NCBI GenBank assembly: GCA_002633005.1
Contig: NMRA01000126.1
Span: forward strand, 605,883 to 669,882
DNA: 64,000 nucleotides
Direction of reading: 5' to 3'
Source of the DNA: Phoronis australis
Taxonomy: Eukaryota; Animalia; Phoronida
The translations under genes and the position numbers were made by a program. The notes under the pieces are model-generated. The model did no database searches. It was not told the DNA's origin and saw only the letters and a list, made by a program, of their open reading frames with translations. Of this stretch, positions 41,101 to 53,100 are shown one piece after another. Each line of letters starts with the position of its first letter. Position 1 is the first letter of the stretch.

Positions 41101-43902
41101 GATACCAACCTATCTTCTGAGGCTAGCTCTCCCAACAAGGCCACTGGGACGTCACCTTAGCAATGAATTTCTGTTACTTTTATACCACATTCCTGCCGCT
41201 CGGTATTGACAGATACTTTATAAGGTCACATTAAAGTGTATTGCTTTGGTGTTAGTTCGTAGTAAAAAGGCGACAATGACACAAACATTATCCTTGCCTC
41301 ATTGTGGTAGCTACCACGCAGTCGGCTTCGTACAAAACACACCCAGTTTTCGGACTGCATTGACTTTCTAATAGGTAAACTTACGAGGTTGAGTAGTGCA
41401 AATTAAAAGTTCGCTTCTTGAGTGCCTGTTTATCGGTTAAAGCTTGTTGTTCATATATGTTTGAGGACTTGGGACACCCTGCTATTAACCTTAACTTTGG
41501 CGGAACTAGTAACCCAAGTTAAGAAAATTCTGTCGTTTTATTTCTCACACGAGGGCATTTTGGTAGTACGTTACCTCCACGTAATCGCAGCATTTTTCCA
41601 GTTTCATAACTTCCGTGAAGGTGAACTTGATTTTCTCGTTCTTCGCTGCAGTTATTACCCAGTTATAGTCGTAGTTATGAGGGTACCGACCAGGATAATT
41701 AGGCGACTCTATCATGCCGGACTTCTTGCTTGTAATATATTCTATCGGACCAATAACTGCGGAGAAAGAAAATGAAAATCTAACAGTTTGATCAGGCAAC
41801 CATTGTTCATTTCTCATAGTTATAGTTATTTTAAAGCCACCGCAAACCGTGTTCTAGGGTGTATCTGTTCAGAACAACGTCATCGCATTCTTATTTTCCT
41901 TTTCGCAGTTGCATCAAGACAAGGTTTCCAAGCAGACAACTGAATTATTTTAGTACAGCCTCCGAAAAGGCCACGACTGTGATTTTATACAACATGTCGA
42001 CCAGGTTTTAAAATTTATAATGGATCAATTCTTCCAATTGAACAGAAAAAATATGCTGATCTGGTTAAATACGGCAGACAACTCTGAAGGCAGTCTGCAT
42101 ATTGGGCAATTTTGATTACGTCACGGTCTTGTGAATCACGTAAATGTAACTCTACCATGTATTTATGAGAATATTCTTACTTTTGTTTTCCGGTGGTGGC
42201 GTATCAGGCGGATCAACCTGTTCGTATTTCGCCTGAAATCCCAACTTCCTGTCACCGCCGTCCGATAGGAACATTGCTTTCATTACGTTGCCGTAAGAGG
42301 TCGACGTAAATGGTGGCGATTTGGGCTCCATGAATTTATCAATTTGCATTCCGGAAGACTCTGTAAGCTTAAAATGAAAAAAAGAAATGACACATTTTCC
42401 AATATTATAACAGGACAACCGGTTTCAAGGCGTTTAAGCTACTTTACAACGACTTTTGGTGAGTACCCTGTGAAGTAGGAGACCACTCATACCACTAGAT
42501 ATAGGCCAGAAGAAATATATTTTTATCGAAAATTTTGCATGCATTTCTATTTCACACAAATGCAATTAAAACGCCTTATGGAAACTCTCTTACCAACACA
42601 AAATCACCAGATCCGAGATCGAAAGTGCTGAACGATAGACGAACGGCTTTTCCTTGGCTAACTGTAATAATCCATTCCTGGTTGAAGTTCAGCGGATATT
42701 GTCTTGGATAGTCCCGAGACTGAATGGTACCGGGTGTTGTACCATTTACACTAACGCAGGACACACAATCTGTAAATTGATAAACCTAGCTGTCAGTGAC
42801 TTCATAAACCTGATGCCACTTCAAATAATCTTCAGAGTACTAACTTAAATGAATGGCTTCACGTAATCGGAAACAAATTAAGAGTAAACTGCGAGTGGTT
42901 TTCAAAGGGATAATATTGGTTTCACAAATGGAAACGCATTTGTGAGATTATTTTTAGATGGAATCGAATTCTTTAATTTACAAACTTTAACTATAGCTAT
43001 AAAACAAAAAATCCGTTGTGTTTTTGTGACTTTAACACAAATCGAGAATTCTTGACCTTGTTGCATGACATTCCCGCTAAAATCATGGTCGGCGTCTTTA
43101 CCACTTAAGTACTGAACAACTCTGCATTTAATGCGTGAGCGTTGGACTGCTACTACTGTGTTAAATGGGTTCGATTTCACGCTGCTAACTGTTACTTTCT
43201 GTAAAATTATTTCTCTCGCCAGCAATGCCCCTTTCATTAGAAACGCGAACCCAATATCTCACCCCACCGTCACAGCCAGTGTGCTAGTTTTCAGTAGAAT
43301 TGTCCAATTACGGAAGATGCAAGTGAGATAAAAATCATATTTAAAACAAAATGTTGGTCCTGAACTTGACCACTTGAACAAATTAGTATTCTACCTCGCG
43401 CGGTAAAAATTCCAGCCCTCAGTCGTGCCAAGCCTAATCTCTGACCTCTCAATCAATAGTTCTGTTATCACAATCATCTCCCAACAAAACATTGGAGGCA
43501 AAAGTTTTGCATACTTTCAACTAATAGTTTCTTTTGTCATCCGATGAACTATGGAAACGGGACATCTTTTACTGTGAGAACGACGACACTGGACTAAATC
43601 CTACGATTCTTGAAGTCAGCCAGCCCAGTACTTACCTAAGATATGTCCCATGGCTAGGCACACCACGGCAATCAAATTCACCATTCTAATGTCTTGTGTC
43701 CTTGTTGAAGTTCCATTTCAAATTAACAGCACATACGTCAGGACAGTCCCTGAACAACTAAGTTAATTTTCTTTAAAATTCTGCCCGAAATCTTTCCCTG
43801 AGACCGGAAACATACATTCACAGTAAATATCAAACGCACCTAGTCAACAAGCTCTGACTTACCAATTAAAGCAACACAAACGCACAAAACCTTTAAAAAC
43901 AT
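35123..43902 (-). CDS. Type-I membrane protein: signal peptide, 2 CUB domains, TM helix, ~260-aa Arg/Pro/Ser-rich cytoplasmic tail (about 555 aa)
   Basis: Minus-strand exons: first coding exon 43863-43902 or 43636-43684, then 42594-42769 (GTIQSRDYPRQYP...WIITV...VRLSFSTFDL), 42181-42367 (SYGNVMKAMFLSDG...GFQAKY), 41575-41756 (SGMIESPNYPGRYP...WVIT...CCDYVE), 38396-38597 (ARVYFHTDG...GFRLEW), 35123-35994 (TM VIGISIGGTVAGIIFIVGLCVTIFCGY plus tail). All phases are compatible. Confidence 0.82.
36300..38041 (-). mobile_element. Decayed Penelope-like retroelement (RT + GIY-YIG) with inverted terminal repeats, in the last intron of the CUB gene
   Basis: Frameshifted minus-strand motifs GTAMDSPVSPLLANLF, RYVDH, HTDQYLNFSSH..HQKLGVI, and GIY-YIG-like VVYQILCANCDSIYICETGRKLGIRL (about 36785-36872). 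~150-bp inverted repeats at 36300-36450 and 37891-38041. Confidence 0.85.
39660..39748 (-). mobile_element. Possible degenerate tRNA-derived SINE head
   Basis: B-box-like GGTTCGAAACC on the minus strand with a weak A-box upstream. Confidence 0.3.
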
Positions 43903-44710
43903 TGTCCTAGGAAAATGCTAATAGTATCCTGGTCGTAAATCCATTGTCCTTCAAAATAATCCTTAAAAGTAATAGACTAATTTCAAATTTTATCACATAA
44001 CGAAACTCCCGCTACGTCCAGTCTGATACACACTGGACTTAGTGTACTTTTGCTAAGTAATAAATTTGTTGACAACAGCCAATCGATGTCTGGAGCTAAG
44101 GGAAATCGATGGTAGACAATAGCACACCGGTAAAGTGGTGGACATTGACAGAATGCCCAATCCCATTTTATTGATCACGTTGATACTAAATATTATTGAT
44201 TTATAATTGGAAGTCTTGTATATATCGAGATTATAATACGCTCAGTACCATTAAGCAATCACGACACTTCTTGACCGAACTGTCGTTATGGACAAAACTG
44301 TCCAAATTGGCACTAAACACAAGCGCACTGAATGCACTTGTACGAGTTAACGATTACGGCCGCTCTGTGTTCCGAGACCATGTTTCTTTGATCGTTCAGT
44401 TTTTTCATTCTCAGTCACGGTTAGGAAAAATGTTCGGGCTTGCAATTATGATCTCATTGTTTTCTAAGACAGTGTATCTATAGAAGTCGAAACATGTATG
44501 GGGGAACAATCATGGCTAACCGTGACGTCATTCAAGAACCGTCAGATTTAGCGCTGTTTTACGGCACTCAAATACTACAATGAAAAATGAGTACCATTAT
44601 GTTGTTAAAACTTGTGAAATTTTAACTATAACTTAGAACACAACAGCTCTAGCTTTAAGCGAATCCGGTCGTCTAATTGAAGGTTGGTAAAGTTTACTTA
44701 GCACCCACAG

Positions 44711-45144
44711 CCCATTCCAAAAGACCATGTTTGCCGCAAGCTTGCGGCTAACAATTTTGTTTGCAGCAAACCAGACGCAAAGTTTTCAGGAGTTTGCCGC
44801 TACCCGCAACTCAGCCGCACACATTGCCGCATTCTTGCTGCAAACACTGAAGTTTGCAGGAATGTTGCGTTGGTGATTGAAAGAGTGTTTGCTGGAAAGT
44901 TGCAGGAAACTTTATTGTTGAAAAGTGTTTGCGGGGAAAGTTGCAGGAAATTTTATTGATGAAAAAGTGTTTGCGGAAAAGTTGCAGGAAACTTTATTGG
45001 TGAAAAAGTGTTTGCGGAAAAGTTGCAGGAAACTTCATTGGTGAAAAGTGTTCTACGTGTTTGCGGCTGGTTTGCAGAAACTTTGCAGCAAGCTTGCCGC
45101 AACTTTGCGGCAAGTGTTTGCAGGAAGGTCTTTTTTGGTATGGG
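44711..45144. mobile_element. CACTA/EnSpm-like MITE with internal ~38-bp tandem repeats
   Basis: CCC...GGG termini (cccattccaaaagacc / ggtcttttttggtatggg); AG dinucleotide on both flanks; subterminal ttgccgca/tgcggcaa repeats; central aaaagtgtttgcggaaaagttgcaggaaactttattg array. Confidence 0.6.
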
Positions 45145-46914
45145 AGGGCTTTGCACAGAGAGAGAGAATGGAGAAATAAAGACCCTCAGCACAATTTGAC
45201 ACCAGAGGGATGACATCTATTAGTATAAAGACTGTCAACAGCATTGATAAGAGCAAAATAATTTGAGGTAAACAAAATAGCCAGAGGAGCAAACAATGAC
45301 GTTGATATAAAACTTCTCCTAAATTAATGATCAGAGAGTGGACTTTCAAGTCCATGATCACAGATGGTCAACTTGCACAGCCATTTTCCTATAAACTGAA
45401 CACCTTTCCAAAATTAGTGGTCTGAGTGCAGACTTCAACAAGTACATGATCAGAGACCTACAAAAAGCCAAGTTACTTTGCACAGCCAGATGCCAATAAT
45501 GGAAACAAGAAAATACAGAAGCTAATAAAAAGAGGTTCCAAGCATGGTAAAAACCCCCTGTAAGACTGCAAGTGTGGAGAGGTGACTATTGCACAACATT
45601 GTCCCCAATCCTGTCTTTCTGATAGAGAGAATGGAAATTTTTTAATTTTCGGTACCATGAATCTCTCTGATATAATCCTTTGGTTGATTGTCAGCTATCC
45701 AGTTTGCCATATACATGTAAGAGTACAAACGTTCAACTGACAAAAAAATCTAGAAAAACAAAATCCCTTTGTCAAGACACTTGATGAAAACATTTTACTA
45801 TTTTGCCACACCACCCATTGTTGATCAATTTACAGCCCATTCATTTTCACATTCTCAAAAGTAGAAGAACTGACCATCTGGTCCAATAAACACCAGTCAT
45901 ATGACAAATATTGTTTCTTCCTCAGCTGGATTTGTGAGGCATCATAAACGTTTATCAAGCATGTTTTTGGGAACCTTTTCAGGACTTAACAGGAGTAGCC
46001 CACAGCTAAAAGCACAAATATCAGCAGAGCTGTTGTAGCCGTCAAACAATTAAATTTGGTTGGTTCAGATAAATGAGCTAAATACAGTATTTAGCTCATT
46101 GTTCAGATTACAATAGTCAGAGCTGATTGCTTTACTAGAGTTGCAGATATTAGAAATTAAACATTGTGATTTTGGTACAAAATGTCTTTTTATTCTTATT
46201 GTCTAGAGGATGTAGTAAGTACAGACCAGGGTAAGAACCTTTAAGAATAACTACACTACACTACAGGACAATTAGTGATCTAGATTATAAAGAGGGAAGT
46301 CAATTTGTACTTAACTTTGTTTGAAAGCAGTGAGCGAGTTGGTGAATGAGTTTGCTCAAAGCAGAAACAAGATGCACAAGCTTATGACTGGCTGACTATA
46401 CCACTTGAATACTGTTACTTACACGGTTAATAACAGTCGGGGCAACTAACTGTAACTGAAACTAAACATTCTGTCTAAGAGGAGAATTCTGATCTGTATT
46501 TTCAGTAACTAAATACAACACAAAATGTTCTCAGGAACAGTCTCATTCAGTGAAAGAAAAACATCTGGTCAACAAGCACCATGATACATTAAACAATTTT
46601 AACTGTATGTATTTTAAAAAATACAATATCAAGAACTACTGGCTATAAATGTATGATGAGTACAAATCTTTACCTACTTAGTGCACCATATGATGTAAAG
46701 AAGACATTCAATATTGTCATAATTCTCGACAAAAATAAACGCCAACTGGAAAATCTATTTCATTCATTGAAGGAATTACAGGATACAATCGTCATAAAAC
46801 AAACCTTGATCAAAATTTAATTGCAGCGCATTTGGCCTTTGAAAAACAAAAGTACCAATTGAAAAAATAACTGAGGAGTTACAGTAGTAGCAAACCATTT
46901 ATGAACTAGTACAG

Positions 46915-47100
46915 CTTACAAGCCTACAATTGCAGGAGTAAGACAACAGGACAGTGGTCACTACCTTACAAGACTACACCTGTAGGAGTAAGACAACAGG
47001 ACAGTGGTCACTATCTTACAAGCCTACACAATGTAGGAGGACAACAGGACAGTGGTCATTACACATGTAGGAGTAAGACAACAGGACAGTGGTCACTACC
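46915..47100 (-). repeat. Tandem ~50-bp repeat (4 units) spanning the APEX1 last codons, stop and 3' UTR
   Basis: Core aggagtaagacaacaggacagtggtcacta is repeated; on the minus strand it reads [10 protein letters not shown]. Confidence 0.9.
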
Positions 47101-50100
47101 ATACACATCTGTTCTGATGATGCTGTCACACACCTTAGGCAGTAGGCTCTGCGACACAACAAAATAATCTAGTCTCCTGCAACAATGAAAAGGGGGGTTA
47201 ATGTCGCTATTTCTGTACTACATGCCTGAAAATGTGTAGAATTTCAGTTAAAATGGCAAAGACCATGTCAGATAACCCCATATTTCAAGATACGACATGA
47301 ACACACTGTTCATAGAATATGTGATGGAGTAAACTGCGGACAGAAGTTAAGTAGTGATCTATCCCACAGCAGAGCTCAAGAATCTGTACTGAAAAGAGAT
47401 TTAGTACAGTAGTTCATAGAATAGTGACAAGCTTTTCTATCAAAAATTCATCACATACGTTCAAAATAAAGTGAGCTTACACTCAGACAGAACATCTTCT
47501 CTACTTCCAGTGTTCACATGACAACACCAACTAGTTAAATCATTTTCCAAGCAGAATTTTCTGTTATGGCACCCATCATCAAGTAGTTCAAAATGAAATT
47601 AACTTACCATCCGGTGTTTTTAGCTCTGGCATTCATCATGTAGGTCCAGAAGGAGTAGACTTCCTTCTTATCAGGATAAAGGTGGCGGAATGTATCAACA
47701 AATTTGTTCTCATCCAGCAGCTTGGAGAACTCCTGCCGTTCCTCAGGGGTAAAACCAGCAGTTTTCTTGTTGGTTTTAGGGTTTTTCAGATCTGAAAAAT
47801 ATCAAAGCTTCTAGTACAAACCATGTCAAAAACGACACTTGTTGGGAGCTTATTTGCCCTTCTAAAACACCGTCATTGAAGTCTAAGCTTTTCATTGAAT
47901 TAGATGTGGTTAAAATAAGACGACTAAAATTTCCTTGATAACCATACACCTTCAGCTGACAGTCAATTTTATGAGACTGACCTGAAGTAAGAATCAAATA
48001 TCAGTTCTTCTTAAGTCTAGAATTCAGTTCTAAACACAGAAAGGAACAAAATCGGGTTACGATAAGTGGCTAAAATCAAAAGTTATGTTTTTAATAGAAA
48101 ACTTGTTATTATTGTGGTTGGGAAGACAACCCGTTCAGCAGTTTTTTGTTCTAAGACAAAAAATGCTATAATTGCTGTGCTTACAGTCTTCCTCATTAAT
48201 TTAATGACGCAGGGGAACCCACATGCAATGGACTCAACGGACTCCATGCACCTTTTTACATTTAAACATTTACAGCTTGCTGTAAGTTAGTTCTTCAGCT
48301 GAAATCTAAAAAAGTTGTAACAATTCAGTTTTTAGAATATGGTATGTAGATTGCATGCAGAGTATGGAACAGACCAAATAGTCTAAACTCAGCAATCATG
48401 AGGAGACGGGATGTGAATGAAAATATTATGGTAGAAACAACAAGACAGAAATGCGATTGAACTGTCGACTAAAACAAACAGGACTTGAATGACCATATAA
48501 CATCATACAACTGTTTACCAATTTCTTTATGCGCAACATTTAAGTCCCCACAGAGGATGACTGGCTTATTGGCGTCCAACTTTTTCAAATACTTTCTAAA
48601 TTCGACGTCCCATTCCTGTGTTCGATACTGCAACCTCACCAGGCCTCGTCCAGAGTTAGGTACATCTGCAACATAAGAAAATCCTCCATATACACGTCCC
48701 CTATTCAATAGGCAATATTTGAGAGACATTCAATGGCTTGAGTACATCAACTGCATATAATGACTATGATTAAGACTGGATAACTTTAAAACTCAAATGA
48801 TTGATAAACTTGATTATTGCATGGCATCAAATGCATTGTTCAACAATTACAACAAGACTCATGCTCTCCAGTGTATAATGTTTATGCCACCAGGTCCTGA
48901 CGAATAAGAAGAGCAAAGCATGGCAGGGATATTTCTGAGGGTTTGAACCTGTGACCCTTGGGGGCACCTGATAATAAAAAGTGTGCTTTTTTACAAAAAG
49001 TTGTGCCCAGCAGACTTAGTGCAATTAAAGTGGTAACATATGAAACAGAAACCCCAAGGCCAATCGCTTTAAGAACAAAGTAATGTTTTACCCTACTGAC
49101 TGCAAGTTGCCCGAGTTGCGTTTTAAAAGATGTGCCTGAGGGTCGAACTACTGCAATGTACTTGCACCTTATTTTTTACGCACTAATGGCGCAAAGGCAC
49201 AGTCCAGGAATATCCCTGGCATAGTTGATATATATACCCACAGTGTGAATCGCAAATGACAAAATTATAAGGGACGCTGTTTTTAAAACATTTCCATGCA
49301 AAAGCAATGCAAGTCATCCAAAATTGGCAAATGCAATCTTTGTAGTAGATACTAAGATTGTCGCAAAGGGAATTTCAGGTACTACTAGGGTGTATTGCAA
49401 CAATCAAATCCATCAATAACCGCCACCAGTCATGCTCAATTAGCCAGACACAAAACAACAAAATTGCCACTTGCAGGCAAAGTGCTGTTTAGATCTGTCT
49501 GAAAATCACCATCCTCCAAAGTCTCTTCAATAGAAATATATATATCAAAAGTTTCAGGACAACCCTCAAAACCATTAGGCAGACAGAGGGAGAAACCAAA
49601 CAACCAGTACTAAAATTGCCGTTAATAGATGTAAAACGTGCCATAGCCACTGGAAATTTGTTACATTACTCTTTGATCCAAACATATTCTATCAAGTTTG
49701 TTGAAGACCCATCAAGGGGCATAGAAGATGTAAAAGGAATGCAAACACCAAAACTGCCACTAGGTGGCACAGAAATTGCCAAATTCGGCTGAAAGTCGTC
49801 TTCATCCACCATCATGTTCATAGGAACACAACTGGCAAATTCAACAAAGATCATGCCTAGGTTTAAGAGATACAGCCACAGACTGCATGACACCAAACCG
49901 ATATGACTACATGTAGTATGTGCAATGTTTTAACTATAACAATACACATAAGTGTTTTTATTTTAAGTTTTCACAGTGAAACCATCTCTGATTCAGCTGT
50001 CGATTGCATCTAGTCCAAACAATGACATGGCATTGGATGCCAATGCTGAATTCAATTACCAGTCAGTAATTACTGACGCAGGCTGAACTACACTATGCAT

Positions 50101-53100
50101 TATTTGTCCTTGACCAAGCCATGCTCTGTATTTGCTGACTGTAAGACAACATTATGCTTAGTGAGTCTCAATCAGAATACTTACAGGCAGTCACTAAATA
50201 AAATTGTGAGTACTCTGCAGTGATGACCCGGCCCTCATTGTCATGGTCAGACACCCCTGAAATGAGTCGTCAGTGAGTTACCACTAGTCAATTACACCGA
50301 CCCTGGTCAGTTGTATAATATTTATCTTTCAAATCATCAAAGCATAATCACAACCTTTGGTTGTTTATGACCTATAATGTACCATATACCGCGTTAAGAC
50401 TTTCTGTAGTCATTGGTATCATAGAGATTTCTGAAACTAAAAATTTCAAAGTGAAATTTCTGAGTGTGAAGTGACTTTGTAAGACGTATTACTAAATAAG
50501 TTGCACAAAAGTAACACACATCTCTATTTATGCAGTTCTTCTAGTGTAGAAATCCCAAGAAGACCGATAAATACAAAGTGCACTTTCATGTCAGCATTAG
50601 TGAAAAATACTTTGATTTTATTCAATAAAATTTATTAGTGAAAATCAAAGAAATGAAAAGCTGGGTGTCTGCTCTTATGAGTAATACCAAAATTGTCAAC
50701 TGAAAACAACAGGCGAGTCTAAATATTTGGAAAATATCGAGCAGTGATTTCCAAATCAGTCTTAACAAACTTCATTGTTAACACTTGGACAATTAAACGT
50801 GATGTTTTGACGAAGAGGACATCCCTGCATGCAGAGCTACAAGTTTTGCGATTAATACTAGAATTGCTTAAAACTGGCATTTCTGTAAGGAGCCTCCATT
50901 CTTGGCCACCATACCTCAATTTAAGTACTGCCAAACAGCAGATTAAGTACGATTACTGGTCAAGGTACACAATTACATTAACAGTCTGACTAGACCTGGT
51001 AAACTCAAGAGTTCAACTAATAAGTAAGCATGCACGTGTACTGGAAGGGAATCAAGTTAGTCTCAGAGACATGCAGTGCTGAGTCAGCAGACAACACTAG
51101 AGGTCCTAGCGTAGCTAAGGATTAATAAGTTAATAATCTCATAAAATCCCCATCTGACGAATTGTAGTTTGAAATCATAACACAAACACACACATATATA
51201 TAGTTTAGAATACATTCCACACCAATTCTCCAAAGTTACTTGTATTCTTCTGGGCACTAAAAAATCTTGCAAAAAATGGTTCATAGGCAAGAACTGAAGA
51301 ATCATCAACAGAAACTCAAATTTACACTCCGGTAGTCTGCAAACATACAAATTCAAATTCTACAAAAAATATTGACCCATACCTATGCCATATTTCACAT
51401 CTATAGGTTTTTTCTTAGAGTACAGCCCCACACCAGAGTAGCCATCTTTGTCACCGTCAAGCCAGTAGACATGGTAACCATCCACATTACACTCAGGAGG
51501 TATCTTACTTTTGCTACATTTTGTTTCTTGCAAACAAAATATGTCAGGGTCTTCTTTCAGAATGTAGTCAGTGCCACTTTTCTGAAAGATAGAGAAAAGT
51601 TAATCAATAACAATCCATGCAATTCACATTTTCAACAAAATAGAAATGTTTCTCACTTCAAATTAAAATCAAAAAGTGCATGCAACAGAGACTGGTTTTC
51701 GATCTATGTAAAAAGGCTAAATATCACTGACAGATACAACTGGCTTTTAGTTGTACTTTACAGCTCCACAGACTAAGTTTGTTCATTACTCACACTTATT
51801 GTAATGCCAGAGGCCTGTTTCATGAAAAGAGACTGGACGCTTGAGTGAAAATATCAAAACACTCTATAAAACTATTCTGAAAAATAATCACATCTCACTT
51901 AAATCTCTGAGAATTGCTTCTAGTAAACGAGAAAATTTGTACAAATTATTTCTACACTGTCTGTGATATGTTATTAATTATATGGCTAAACCTTAATTCA
52001 GTAACTTGAAGTGAAAGACTGGCAGCTAAAGACAACATTTCTGAATTAAATTTTAATTTTCTTTTTATGAATTTATGAATTAGACTCCAGGAATTTACTT
52101 TCCTCGTCAGTTTGCCATTGTTCAAAAACGAATCCCGAAAATGTCTGCGAGATGCAGCTGCAGCTTATGGAACATATGTAGGTTTGCAATGGTATTGCAT
52201 GTGAGAGTGAAGTAGGTTGACATTGGTATTGCATGTGAGAGTGAAGTAGGTTGGCATTGGTATTGCATGTGGGAGTGAAGTAGATTGGCATTGGTATTGC
52301 ATGTGAGAGTGAAGTAGATTGGCATTGGTATTGCATGTGAGAGTGAAGTATAATTAACGGAAAGAAAAAACATTATAGCAATGCACAAAACAGATCTTAG
52401 ATGCGTTGATATCTGGCAATGAAATTTTTGTAATTAACTACAAACAGTACAACACTAAATCATTCTGGTTAATGCATTTTTTTTCAAGAAAATAGCATTC
52501 AATAATAATAATAATAATAACAATAACTTGGCGATTTATGCAACAGGTATCCCATTACATAAAGAATTCACTTCTTAAGGTTATGTAGTCTCTGCATTGA
52601 GCCAAAAATCTACAAAAGTATTAACTTTCACTCAGTAAAAGTATAATAGAAAGTCTGTAGAGTTTGATTTTTGACTTATTACTCTGCGCGTGTAAGCGCA
52701 AAGTACTGTTGCTCCTGGGTTTTCTTCAATTTTATTACTCTACGCATGTAAGCGCAGAGTACTGTTGTTCCTGGGTTTTCTTCAATTTTATTCTTATTCT
52801 TATTCTTATTCCGACCAACTTTGAGGCTTAATAACTCCAAAATGGGTGCAGGTATGTTCTTTAAATTCTGCATGTGATTTTTGGCATTACATAAATTTTG
52901 CTTCGTTATATAATCATATTCCATATTGCACTGGAAGAGGTTATTTGGTGCAAAGGTCATGTAATTTTCAAAATGCTACTCCTTCATTTTTAAAGCTAAT
53001 CTTTTCAAACTGGGTGCACAGGCGTAAGTCAATAAGGCAATTTAAAAAATTACTTTTCTAAATAATCAGGTCATCCAATCAGGTGAAATAGGTCAAAGGT

